NCBI GenBank assembly: GCA_043228905.1 | Contig: JBHGNT010000016.1 | Span: 16,616,001 to 16,680,000, forward strand | Length of the DNA: 64,000 nt | DNA from: Azolla caroliniana | Taxonomy: Eukaryota; Plantae; Polypodiophyta | Reading direction: 5' to 3' | Part shown: positions 52,407 to 64,000 of the stretch, piece by piece | How positions within the stretch are numbered: position 1 is the stretch's first letter | Layout: each line of letters starts with the position of its first letter | Position numbers and translations under genes: made by a program | The notes under the pieces: model-generated | Databases searched by the model: none | Told to the model about the DNA's origin: nothing | The model's input: only the letters and a program-made list of their open reading frames with translations

Positions 52407-52478
52407 CAATAGATGGTCTAATGGTCAAGAGCTCGACCCATATAACCCAAGGTCATGGGTTCGAGTCTTGCCATATCA
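52407..52478 (+). promoter_or_regulatory. tRNA-like A-box/B-box module in LTR U3, antisense to the element
   Basis: A-box TGGTCTAATGG at 52414, AGGTC variable-loop-like motif, B-box GGTTCGAGTC at 52458; T8-T54 spacing of 46 nt. Confidence 0.65.
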
Positions 52479-55400
52479 TGACAGGTACATGGTACAAACC
52501 CCCGGATTTCTATCTGAACAGAACACTTCGGCAATCTGCCGATTGAAGGGGGCGTTATACGGACTTAAGCAAGCCCCGCGAGCTTGGAACACAAAGATTA
52601 TGCAACAATTGCATAGAATGGGGTTTACGACGTCCAAATCGAACTCTTGATTGTTCACTCGCCAAGGTCGACATGGACTGGTCTGTCTTTTACTTTATGT
52701 TGATGATTTAGTCATCGCCGATGCCGACCTAGAAGAAATCGGCCACGTCAAGTCTCACCTCGTGGCATCTTTTGAAATGAAGGATCTTGGAGACCTTCAT
52801 TACTTCCTCGGGGTCTAAGTGATCCGTTCCACCGAATGCATATTGATCAGTCAGCGTTATTACGCGCTGAATATGCTCTTCAAGTTCGGGATTGCCAATT
52901 GTAAGCACATCTCGACCCCTCTGGATAGAAACATAAAGTTTCGTCGTGATTCGGGAAAGGCGTGTGACCTGACATGGTTTCGACAAATTGTCGGAAGCCT
53001 CATCTACTTGGCGATCACTCGGTCGGACCTCAGCTATCCGGTCAGAATGATTAGTCAATTTATGTCGCAGCCCATGACCGAACACCTTCAGTGCTCGCAA
53101 AGAATATTACGATATGTCAGCGGCACGAAAGACATGGCGTTGTTGTATCGTAGAGGCATAGACGAACAGTTAGTTGGCTACACGGATGCCGATTGGGCTG
53201 GAAATGCCCACAATCGTAGATCTGAATACGCCTCCTCATTGGGAAGTGTGGCGATCGCGTGGAGCAATAAAAAGCAACCGATAGTGGCACTGTCAAGCAC
53301 GGAGGCCGAATATGGAAGGGCAACTGTCGATACGTGCGAAGTCATTTGGCTAAAACGGTTATTACGGGATCTACATTTGGCTAATCCAACGATGATCTAT
53401 TGCGACAACCTCAGCAGTACCCACCTTGCAAAGAACCCTATATTCCACACTCGGACCAAGCACATTGAGGTGCACTACCACTTCGTCCGTGAGCATGTCC
53501 TTTCTGGTAAAGTCGAACCGGCGTATGTTCCGACGGGTTAGCAAATTGCCAACATCTTCACCAAGTCCCTTGGTCTCAACAAGTTACAACATTTCCTGGG
53601 TGAGCTGGGTTTGTGTCACCTCGATACACCGAACTTGAGGGGGAGACAAGAACAGGAACAAGAGCGTGAAAGGAGTTGTAGTGACCGTGATGCTGAATCA
53701 AATGAAGAATTCGATTTCAGGCCTACTAAAGAAGCCGAAGACAACCGAAGACAACTGAAAAAAAGGGAAATACAGCCAAGAAGGGCGTAAAGGTCAAGAC
53801 CAAGACGTGGTCTGATGTTGTCAACGGCCTAAAGACAGAAGAGGAATTGGAAACAGCCAATTCGGGCGAAAGTGGAATTGAATCGGAAGTGTCTGATTTA
53901 ATCAAAATGTTCGATTTGGACATTACGAATCGACTGTGGGCCAAGCGGAGGAAAGGGCCATGAAAGAGGCGCCAACACCGCGACAACAAGGGAGCTGATA
54001 AGGGCCGCATGAGTAGACAAGCCGATCGGAAGGGTCGAAGCGCATGGAATCGAACAGGTCGAGGAGCGCGACCGAGGCGTGAAGCCAAGAGAGGCCGGAG
54101 TGAAGATCCGGAAAAGCATATGGTGCCTCAAGTTGAGCTTGAGGGGGAGTGTTGAGAGACAAGCTCAACATTGGGTGTGTAAACGGGTGCGTAACCTAGT
54201 ACGTAGACTAGGTGCGTAAAACCGTACGCAAAATATGGCCATGGCGGTGTTTAAACCGAAAGGCCGTTAGAACATTATTCCTCATAAGGAATAGTTTTGG
54301 GAGTTAGTGTAGAAGGCTCATTTATGAACGGTCAAGTACTGTCAGTACTTGTGTCAGCCTGATAGTCAGGGCTTTTATAAAAGGCGCTCACTAAGCACGA
54401 AACATGTACAGAGAACATACAAAGAATCATTTTTTAATATAGTTAGGTGTTTCTAATCTCTCTCTGTCCCTCTCTTTCTCTATGATTTCTGCAGTTTACC
54501 GAACTGTCATACTTCCGAACCGTGCACTCTGTGTTCTTACGCATACGCTTCCGCACACGTATTCTTTTACACGAAGGATCAGAGGTCGAAGCTCGATAGT
54601 AAGTCGAAATCATGCATATTCATGGGATACTCGGAAGATGAGTTCGGCTATGGGCTATGGGACCTAGTCGATAAGAAAGTTGTGAGAAGTCAGGACATTG
54701 TCTTCTTGGAAGACAATACAATTGAGAACTGGAAGCAAAAAAAATCGGAATCGATTACCCAGTAAACCTCAACTACCATCAACTTGAGGTCAAGTGAACC
54801 TACATAGCTGACTGTTCAGAGACAACCAGTTGACACACCCAAATCCGAGCCGGCCGACTCTAAGAGACCAACCGAATATGAGTCTGAGTTGGCAGAGCTG
54901 CTAGGGTCAATCGAGGAATATGAGTTGGAGTCATTCAACTTGGAGATGCCAATTGACTGTGCATAGAGCGTATCTTAATAGAGTTTTATCTTCTTTGATC
55001 TCTTGTGCAAATCTATGGTTAATCTACTGTGTGTCTGTGATTCTTGGTGGCGTAGTGTAAGCACTATAATCGTAAAAAGCGTAGGCGTGAGTGCGAGTGT
55101 TGTGACTAGTGCACTGTCTAGGGAGTTCAGTTGTAGCCGTCTCTCTTATACACTACTAGGATACGGAGAGTTATCTTGTTATGTATTATGGTACGACGGT
55201 ACCATTCGTGGCAACGCAGTCACCTTGAGGTCTAGGTCGAAGGACTGACTAAAGACCGTGTTCCTAATCGGTAACACTTTTGGCACGCTTGGTGATATGT
55301 GTCTTCTCAGAGACGAACAACGACGAATGGATGTTTAGCCACAGACGTCCCAGAGAACCAACATGACAAGACCGACCAATCACAAGGTCCATCACACGCC

Positions 55401-57968
55401 AGGCAGAGGAATGCGCACGGCAAAAACCTCGCCTCAGTGACCTCAGTGATACCTGTCGGGACCACAAAGATGACTTCCCGCTCACCAAATACCCCAGCAA
55501 CAGACAAAAAGTTCGCTCACCCCACAAGCACCGTGGTCCTTCCTTGCCCACCGTAGCGTCCAGCATGACCTTCTCGTATCCCTGCTTCAATAGTGAAACC
55601 AACGCTGCAACCCACATTCACCTGTTCCTAAATGTCTGGAATGCAAATCAGATGCCGCAGAGCCTTCCCGAAGAAGTTGTGCACCAATCCAAAATGACAA
55701 AGTTTGGATTAACTCTGGATGGGAGAGCGGTGTTTTGGCATTCGAAGATGGATCTGCTAGCAATCAAGACCTTCGACCAGCTGTAGTTAGCCTTTTTGCG
55801 TTTCTTTCACCGGAAGGTGCCGCAACACGAAATCCTCGGGCAGTTTTATACAATTAAACAGTTGTCGGCAGAGACTGTAGCGAATTTCAGTTTACGCTTC
55901 CAAAATCTCCAATGGAAATTAGAACGGGGCCTGACGGAGGACTAGACTCGGGAAACATTCCTGGCAGCTCTACGATGATCGATACGGACGACGCTCAACA
56001 ACAGTAGTGTGAAAGGTGAAACGACCAACATGGTCATAGAATGAGCGCTCCAACTCGAGCTAGATGAAGAAGAAGACATGTTTTCCATGTCCTCATTACG
56101 GCAAGCGTTACCTTAGGACGAGGAACGACACTTCTGCCAAGCAATCCAGTGCACGATTTGCTTGAATTCTGGGCATTCCGCAGTCGACTACAATATGCGA
56201 ATCCACTGCCCAATCTGTCACTCGAAAGCACACACGGTCAAACAGTGTGAGTACAATATGTTGAACAGAGCCATGCCCACAGTACGAAGCGTGGAAACAC
56301 AGCGCCCCCCTCGCCGTAATGAGCAAAGGCGCCAAGAAGAACGACCTCGGTATATGGATCGGAACCCACGCGATGACCGGCACTACCGGAATCGTTGGAA
56401 TAACAACGATTCCGAGGAAGACAAGCCGGAGGATGAAGACTACCGTGGCAACCATAGAAATAATAAAGGGGGGCGACGCTACGAGAATTACCGTCCGACG
56501 AACAAACGTGGCGGTTTCAATGGGCCTCGCGGAAAACATCGTCAGTATCGGGACCAACGGCGGTACGACGGAAGTTCGGATGAGGATCAGCACCAGGAAC
56601 CGCGTCGGGACCAACAACAACCACTGCGTACGCTCCGAAGACCGAACCAAGACCGGGAGGACCAAGTCACACCTGGGGATCGGCAGACACCACCAGTTGC
56701 CGAGAAAGGCAAATCCAGCATCCATTGTTTTGTTTGCCAATAGCCCGGACATTATGCCACGCAATGCCCATTACGCAAGGGCAAGGGGCCCACCGTCAAT
56801 AAGATTACGGTGGAAGTGCAACAAGTCACGACATGACAGCAAACAAAAAATGTTGATTGGGCCGCGCAAAATGAGATACGTCAGACGGCCCAAGCATGGG
56901 TTGAAAAAGCAAATGTGGCAAATACGGAACGCATGCGGAAGGAGTCCACAAACACGGTGGAGCCGTCCGAGGAAGATGTAATATCTCCGGATCCCATATG
57001 GCAAGCATTGGCAGACTGTGAGATAACGCTAACCATGGAGAATCTACTTCAACTAGTTCCACGGTTCCGCCAAATCTTGGAGGATCGTATAACGGGCAGA
57101 TCTGGGGTAAGCATCTCCGCAAATTTTACGGACATCAGCGCCGGACCAACAGTGGTGGATCACCACAATCCGGCTATTAAGTTGATACTACACGGTCAGG
57201 AAATCACAGGATGCGTAATCGACGGCGGCTCTGTTGTCAATGTAATTAGCGCGAAGACATGCGAACAATTGGGAATTTCCGAATGGGAAGCTTGCCCATT
57301 TTGGCTTCGCATGGCGGATACCCACTCAGTACGCCCATTGGGTTTAATACACAAGTTAGGCATTATCGTGGGAAGGCATCACTTCGATGTCTCGGCGATA
57401 GTCCTTGCCCTCGATGCCCTAGGAGTGTATCCTATGCTGCTGGGCAAACCGTGGCCTCGTTCAACAAATATCGAGCAGAGCTGGCAACATAAGTGCATCA
57501 GCTTTCGACGTGGACGCACCAAGGTTTGCGTACCAACAGAGGAAAGGGCGGCACAACCCAAGGGCATAACACCGTTATACGCGGAGGACATAAATATGTT
57601 GGCTGGGGTGGATGATACAAAATTAGAAGTATACCTAGACGAGCACCCCCGAATCATTCCGTTATTCGAAATCGACGTCATCAAAATCCGCGGCGGAGTA
57701 TGCCACGCCCGCTACGCCCCACAACGAGACTTACAAACCAAATCCGAAGTCAATATTAGAACTAAGCAGAGCAAGGACAGCGTTCGAGAGGGAAATGGAA
57801 ATTTCACGACGAGTCACTGCCTCCGCCCTGGAAGAAGTAAACGTGGGTACGGCGTCAGAACCCCAATTCGTCTCCATCGCAAAAGAACTACTACCAGATT
57901 AGAGAGATGCAATGATAGCACTACTTAGGAAGTATAAGATGTGTTCGCCTGGTCCCACAAGGACATGA

Positions 57969-59185
57969 ACAAGTCGACAACCACCGAAGGCGGAATTAGA
58001 AAAGAAAGAAGAAGAAAATAAGAAAATAAGAGGAGAAATAGACCAGAAGGAAGAAAAAAAGAATGAAGGAGAAGAAAGGACAGGGTAGCACAAACAGAGA
58101 AGAAGGAAAAGAAAGACAGGAATAGGAGAAGAAGCAACGGTTAACACCAAGAAGGAGGAAGAAGATGCAGACAACACGCGGGAGAAAATGTAAGAAGCAA
58201 ACAGAAAAAATAAATGAGAGGGAAAAAGAGAAGAACGGGGCATGCGAAGAAATTTTAAAGTGTTGAGGGTAGTAGCCTAAAATTTCAGAAACTTGGGGGT
58301 ACTGAATGAAATTTTCAAAGTTTGAGGGTACATATCAAAATTTTTAAAAAAACAAGAGGGCACCACCAAAATTTTGAAAATCCCCAAGAATACTCACACA
58401 CACTCAAAACAAAGGAATAACATACATATACACGACATGATTTTAGACCCATGAAAAAGTTCGTAAGCCGACAGAATGAGACTGTTTGTGTCGCGGAAAG
58501 ATTTGCTGACCGACAAAGATGTTCGAGTCAAGCACTCCGATCGAGGGAGTCGATCGTTGAAAGGACCGATGGAAGTTTCGGTCGAAGAGATATCATCATC
58601 AAGGCATGTGGGATCAACGTGCAAGGCACTTTCCCACGGGCGTGCCATATTGTGTTACCCCGTACGAGCTGTACGGAGAGTCAAGTGTGATGAGCGAGGG
58701 TCGAATAGTATCATGATGATGTTGTATATGTGTAGGGAACATAAATGTAATTGTGAGTCGATATGTATGTGAACACATGCACACATGTGTGCATGTGGAG
58801 GGATACGATGAGGTGTGAGTGAGTGTCCAATATGAATGCTCTAGGGGGCTTTCACCCCTTTGAATCTACCCCCTCTTGTACTATTTAACCCCCTTATGGG
58901 GAATGAATGAAACATGAAGGAACATTTCTCTCTATCTCTCTTTTCATCTCTCTCTCTCTCTCTTTCTCTCTCTCTCCCCCTCAACGTTGAACCCCCTTGG
59001 GAGGGGGGTGGAGCCATTCTAGGCACCACCCCCCACCCCGCAATGCTTCTCAATACACATCATGCTATCACCCACAATGATTCTTATCGCCATCACCATT
59101 TCCATCTTCATCACTATCAATGTCATCATCAATCTCTGAATGCTTATCACCAATCATCATAAATGTTAACCCTAAAACCGACAAC
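57969..59185. other. Composite ~1.2-kb insertion in gypsy pol (GA-rich tract, MULE-TIR-like end ~58250-58385, LTR-like ~58686-59160)
   Basis: Interrupts DVFAWSHKDM...KFYQHKINL. Repeated AAATTTT..AAGTTTGAGGG motifs end in TCCCC. No clean TSD. Confidence 0.5.
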
Positions 59186-62100
59186 AAAGTTCTATCAACA
59201 TAAGATCAATTTAGCGACCGATGTGAAACCGATCCAGCAGCGTAGATACCGCATGAACCCAAACTACGCGGCTCGCATAAAAGAAGAAATTGACAAACAC
59301 CTCAAGGCCGGATTCATTCGACTAGTCAAACAAGCTACACGGTTAAACCCGATAGTATTCGTACCAAAGAAAAATGGCAAAATACGTGTATGCGTGGACT
59401 ACCGGAAATTGAACGTCGTAACCTTTACCGACGCATTCCCTTTACCGTTCATCGACAGTGTACTGGACGTCGTCGCCAGGCATGACATGTACACCTTTTT
59501 AGATGGCTTCAGTGGGTACAATCAAGTACGCATGCACCCTGACGACCAAGAGAAGACGGCGTTTGTCATGGACTAGGGAGTCTATGTCGTTGTCGTCATG
59601 ATGTCCGGGCTAACGATGGCGCCGGCTACATTTCAACGGACAATCATGGAGATTTTTGGGGCATATGTTCCGGCCTTCATGCAAGTTTTTTTAGACGATT
59701 TTGCGGTATATGGGAGAACAACCGACCATTTTACGCATATACAGTTTTGCCTGGAGCATTGCCGAACCGCGCGCTTAAGCCTAAATCCCACCAAATGCGC
59801 CTTCGGCGTTACTAGCGAGGCTCTCCTCGGCCACATAGTCAGTAAGGAAGGGATAACGGTCAATCCAAACAAAATCTCCACGATTACTCACACAAAAACA
59901 CCGACAAATGCGAAAGCACTCAGCCGGTTTCTGGGACAAATACGATGGCACAATCGGATGATACACTATTTGGCGGACTTCGCCACGCCATTACATGTCG
60001 TTGTTCATCAGACTCCTTTCAAATGGAAAGCAACGGAAGAGAAGGCGTATGATGTGCTAAAGATAATGCTAACGCAGGCACCTGTTGTATAGCCACCAAT
60101 TTGGGCGAAGCCTTTCCATGTGTTCATAGATGCCTCGGACATAGCAATAGGTAGTGTGCTAATGCAGCTTACGGAGCCGAATTGGTACCGACCAATGTAC
60201 TACGCTAGTCGGAAATTATAAACAGTTGAGCGTAACTATTCCACAACGGAACGTGAGGTGTTGGGTATGATCTACAACATCAATAAGTTCCGGCATTATC
60301 TGTTAGGACGGAAATTCACGTTTCACGTGGATCATTCGGCATTGCTATATTTGGTAGGAAAACAGGCGTTGATAGGGAAATTGGCTAGATGGATGTTGTT
60401 GCTTCAAGAATTCGACTTTGTAATTCAGCATCGACCGGGTACGCAACATGTGGTGGCAGATTTCTTGAGCAGACTTGATAATGGAGAAACGGCGCAAAAG
60501 GATGACGACGACTTTCCGGATGCGGACATTCTACGTGTTGCCACTATAGCAGAACAAACGGAAAAGACTTTTCCGGATCAGTGGCTGATGGAAATTACCT
60601 ACTTCCTAACCACGGGGTTACTGCCACCCCAATTACGGACGGACGAAAAATAACAGTTGGCCGTACGGAGTCAAAATTCATGTTTATTCGAGGACATCCT
60701 ATACCACAAAGGCAGTGACGGCATCTGGAGGTGCGGAATATGGCAGGATGAGAAGGCCGCATCGCGGTTCTACGCGAAGCCCACTATGGTACGGCGGGAG
60801 GACATTACGCGGGCGATGTTACGGCCCGGAAAATCTGGCAAGCGGAACTTTGGTGGCCAACTACGCAAAAGGATGTGTACGAATATTGCAAACAGTGCGA
60901 TTTATGTCAACGACTGGGCCAACCCATGGAAGTCACGAGAATGCCACACCAACCAATGTTACCATTGGATCCTTTCCAAAAGTGGGGACTAGATTTTGTG
61001 GGACCCTTTTCCCCAGCAACCTCTCGAGTAGGCAATAAGTATATCCTGGTGGCCACAGATTACTGTACCAAGTGGGTAGAAGCGAAACCACTACACGAGA
61101 ATACCGCGGCAGTCACGGCGAAATTCCTTTACGAACACATCTAGTGTCGTTTCGACTGCCCTATCGAGCTCATTAGTGACCAAGGGAGTCACTTTCTGAA
61201 TACGATCATCAACGAACTGACCCAACATTACGTTGTGGTTCACAAAAACAGTACGTCATATTACCCACAAGCAAATGGCTTGGTAGAATCCACGAACAAA
61301 ACCCTACAAACTATCCTCAAAAAGATAGTCAATGAGAACGGAACGGAGTGGAATACCAAATTGCACAACGTGTTATGGGCATACCATACTAGCTATAAGA
61401 CCAACATACAATCAACGCCTTTCAGGCTAGCATTTGGGCTAGAGGCCGTGATGCCAGTCGAATTCCAGGTACCCAGTCTGTAGATTCAAGTACGAGCCCG
61501 GCTACCAGAGGGCAAATCTAAGCAAATACGGCTACAACAACTGTTGGAGCTAGGCGAAACACAGTTAGACAGTATGGCCATATTGGAGCAGGAACGACGG
61601 TGGCGCAAAGCATTCATGGACCGACACCGGCATGCACGGGAAAAAGATTTTACGGTTGGGAAAGCGGTATTAGTTTTCCAAACATGCATGGGGCATATGC
61701 CAGGAAAATTAAGATTCCGCCGGACAGGCCCGTACTGGATTGTGGGAGTGGAACAAGGTACATTTCAACTTGGCATGTTGGCCGGGGAAGTGTTGCAACA
61801 AAAAGTGAATGGGTTTCGCCTTAAACCTTATCTGGGACCTACGCCACCTAACCCGTTCCCCGCCGGACAGGACAAAGCCGGGAAATCCATGGAGTAAGTA
61901 TGGGGCTCCATTTGTACTATAGTGTAAAAAGAATATTGTATGTAACCGTTACGAAAAAAAAGAAAAAAGAAGAAGATAGTGACGTTATTAAAAGGACTTA
62001 AGGCATGCACAGACTTCTAGGCCAAGAACATGCGGCACCACGATGGCTCACCGACCAATGAACCCTAGGCCACAAAAAGAAGGAAATAGAAGGTTTTTTG

Positions 62101-62199
62101 CACAGTACAGAAACCAACCTTCTAAATCTCATCACTCACCTCCCTCACCCTCTTCTACATCCTATCACAGAGCTCAAGTTCACCATAACCAACAGTCCT

Positions 62200-62610
62200 C
62201 ACCCATTAACCATGAGCCGAACCATCCGACTATGCCGATATCTATTTCTGCCGCCCTCCATTGATGGCTTGTGGAGAAACGCTTGGATGGATACATCAGA
62301 GTCACCGAGGCACCTCTCCACCCTGACGCATAGGACATCGCTAGGAAGCTCAATATCGAGACGGTCACCAACACGTCCATCCGGAAAAAGCTGGAAAGGC
62401 ATTTCGAAATTCCTCCTACGGAAACTTTGCAGAGATATTTCGGGCCATATTCGGCGTCTGCTAAGGCATATAGAACTAAAGAAATTACCGACCCCTTTTT
62501 CTGCGAAATAGCCAAGTTTCTGTTAGAGGTTGGATGCGTACATTTAAATGTATATGGGATGCCCAAGCAAAAGGCAAGTATCATCATTGATACCTTTGAA
62601 GGGCGCACGG
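62200..62610 (+). pseudogene. N-terminal part of a degenerate additional ORF 3' of gypsy integrase
   Basis: One protein-like frame (WLVEKRLDGYIRV..QRYFGPYS..FFCEIAKFLLEVG) with two stops, cut by the copia LTR. Confidence 0.45.
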
Positions 62611-62689
62611 TGTTGGGAGACAGGTCCCTCCGGATGGGAAGGGAGAAGATCACTGCCGATACGGTATGAACCGGATGGTGCAGGCCCAG

Positions 62690-62925
62690 TATGAACCGGA
62701 TGAGGAGTACTCGGCTACGGAGAGCCGGATGGTACAGGCCTGGTATGAACCGGATGAGGAGTACTCGGCTATGGAGAACCGGATGGTGCAGGCCCGGTAT
62801 GAACCGGATGAGGAGTACTCGGCTACGGAGAGCCGGATGGTGCAGGCCCGGTATGAACCGGATGAGGAGTACTCGGCTACGGAGAGCCGGATGGTAAAGG
62901 CCCGGTATGAACCGGATGAAGAGAC
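62690..62925. repeat. 60-bp tandem array (~4 copies) in LTR U3
   Basis: Unit GTATGAACCGGATGAGGAGTACTCGGCTACGGAGAGCCGGATGGTGCAGGCCCG-like. Confidence 0.92.
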
Positions 62926-63412
62926 ATATTTGTAAATATGTTTCTGAGAGCCCATCGAGGCTACGTTTTTGTAAATAGCCGAAAAGTCATATTAGTATAA
63001 ATGTGACTTAGGGCAAACTTTTAGAAATAGTTGTTGTTGTTGTCATTCTTCCTTGTTGGTGCAAGAAGAAGAGAGAGTGCGTAACTGTACAGAGAGAGAG
63101 AGACGAGGTCGTTGCCTCTGTTGTAACCGCCGCCTGTGGCGAAGAGCGTGAGTCCGAGGTCGTTGCCTCCGTGAACTCACTGTCTTGTACATTCATACAT
63201 AGTGACAGTTTGCAGCCTGTGGGCTGTCGTGGTTTTTCCCTTAGTTTGGGGGTTTTTCCACGTAAACCTCCTGTGTACCATTTCTCTTCTCTGTGTCGTG
63301 TTTTATTTCCCGTTTTTCTGTGTATGAAAAGAAACTTGGTTGTGGCCGAGCGTTGCGCATAAGGAGCTAGGAGTTCCCGTCAAGTGGTATCAGAGCGAAA
63401 TCGACACAGAAA

Positions 63413-64000
63413 ATGGACGAATCGTTTGGCGGCATGTTCAAGCTCACCGGCTCCAACTATTCAGTGTGGAAGTCGAAGATGAGGGACATGCTCGTGGTTA
63501 AAGACCTCTGGCTGCCGGTTCAGTTCGGGGACAAGAGACCGGACAAAATCAACGCCGCGATATGGGAGGTGATGCACATGAAGACAACGGCATACATACG
63601 GTGCTTCATCGACATGAGCCTGTACAACAACTTCAATGAAGAGAGCAAGGCTCATGAGCTCTGGAAGAAGATCGGCATAATGTTCCAGAACAAAAATGTT
63701 GTCAATCAGGTGTCGGTATTCCAGAAGCTAGTAAGACTCTGGTACCAAGATGGCTCCAGCATGGCGGAGCACATGAATGCCTTCCAAGGGCTGATACACC
63801 AGGCAACGTCATTGGAAGTACCCCTTGCCGACGAGGTACTAGCGCTACTCCTGCTCGGTTCCCTCCCGGATAGCTGGGAGACGTTGGTTGTCACTTTGGG
63901 CAACGCTGGGCCGGAAGGAAAACAGTTATCCCTAGCAAGAGTAAAGTCGAGCTTGCTAGATGAGGAGGCGCGTCGGAAAGACAAAGACACGAGCTCCGAC
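63413..64000 (+). CDS. gag: Copia gag-pol N-terminus, runs off the window
   Basis: MDESFGGMFKLTGSNYSVWKSKMRDML..LLLLGSLPDSWETLV; no stop seen up to the window end. Confidence 0.85.
   Translation, partial: MDESFGGMFKLTGSNYSVWKSKMRDMLVVKDLWLPVQFGDKRPDKINAAIWEVMHMKTTAYIRCFIDMSLYNNFNEESKAHELWKKIGIMFQNKNVVNQVSVFQKLVRLWYQDGSSMAEHMNAFQGLIHQATSLEVPLADEVLALLLLGSLPDSWETLVVTLGNAGPEGKQLSLARVKSSLLDEEARRKDKDTSSD

Larger units (their letters stand above)
46812..52483 (-). mobile_element. Young full-length Tcn1-like chromovirus (Ty3/gypsy), LTRs 52045-52483 and 46812-47242
   Basis: TSD GGTAC on both sides, TGTCATGA...TCATGACA termini. The LTRs differ by 4 substitutions plus GA-repeat length. PPT AAAGGGGGGATAG, non-tRNA PBS. 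Confidence 0.97.
44131..54571 (+). mobile_element. Ty1/copia with both LTRs (44131-44542, 54150-54571), gag partly deleted
   Basis: TSD CGAAG on both sides, PBS TGGTATCAGAGC at 44543, integrase, RT split by the chromovirus insertion, RNase H, PPT 54139-54149. Confidence 0.93.
42242..54957 (+). mobile_element. Tnt1/Tork-like copia, gag-PR-IN fragment (42242-44130 plus 54572-54957), host of two nested elements
   Basis: CYYCGNPGHFPKDC, WVIDSRAS, WHKWLGH, VHTDV, FIDDYSR. YMHVPK|DQRSKLD rejoins across the insertion. Confidence 0.88.
54958..62610 (+). mobile_element. Degenerate non-chromoviral Ty3/gypsy: LTR end at 55276, gag-pol ~55566-61897, additional 3' ORF
   Basis: PBS TGGCACGCTTGGTGA at 55281; [30 protein letters not shown]. 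Same lineage as 13834-20384. Confidence 0.9.
62611..64000 (+). mobile_element. Copia 5' end: LTR 62611-63382, Met PBS 63385-63396, gag
   Basis: TGTTGGG...CCGTCA termini, TGGTATCAGAGC, open gag frame. Confidence 0.92.

Noticed and set aside
52407-52478. Functional tRNA gene
   Set aside because: Acceptor and anticodon stems do not pair; only the boxes and their spacing are kept.
62650-62955. Repetitive ORFs and a CRISPR-like look of the 60-bp array (also 32646-33062)
   Set aside because: The units are head-to-tail with no unique spacers and lie inside an LTR. The ORFs arise because the unit length is a multiple of three.

Overview
This is eukaryotic land-plant DNA. A fern or other non-seed plant is the likely source, inferred from Tcn1-like chromoviruses and a Sola-like transposase. 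It holds one intact five-exon host gene, an aldo-keto reductase (minus strand, 5336-7011, 347 aa). From about 8.5 kb onward it is a nest of degenerate Ty1/copia and Ty3/gypsy retrotransposons around a split DDD-transposase relic; target-site duplications (TSDs) resolve several nesting layers. The strongest signal is the LTR layout shared by two divergent Tcn1-like chromovirus families across five LTR copies. Each has a tRNA-like A-box/B-box module at canonical spacing, a heat-shock-element array, a TATA box, and a 12-mer 33 nt downstream that is complementary to the primer-binding site (PBS), implying self-priming. One copy has its R-U5 segment inverted at that primer/PBS repeat, and the youngest copy has a clear -1 frameshift cassette. 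Other notable features are a hairpin enclosing the polypurine tract (PPT) and a doubled PPT in the copia elements, a 525-bp duplication flanking an LTR clipped at one end, and a tandem duplication with a templated junction. All calls were made by eye; no database searches were run.
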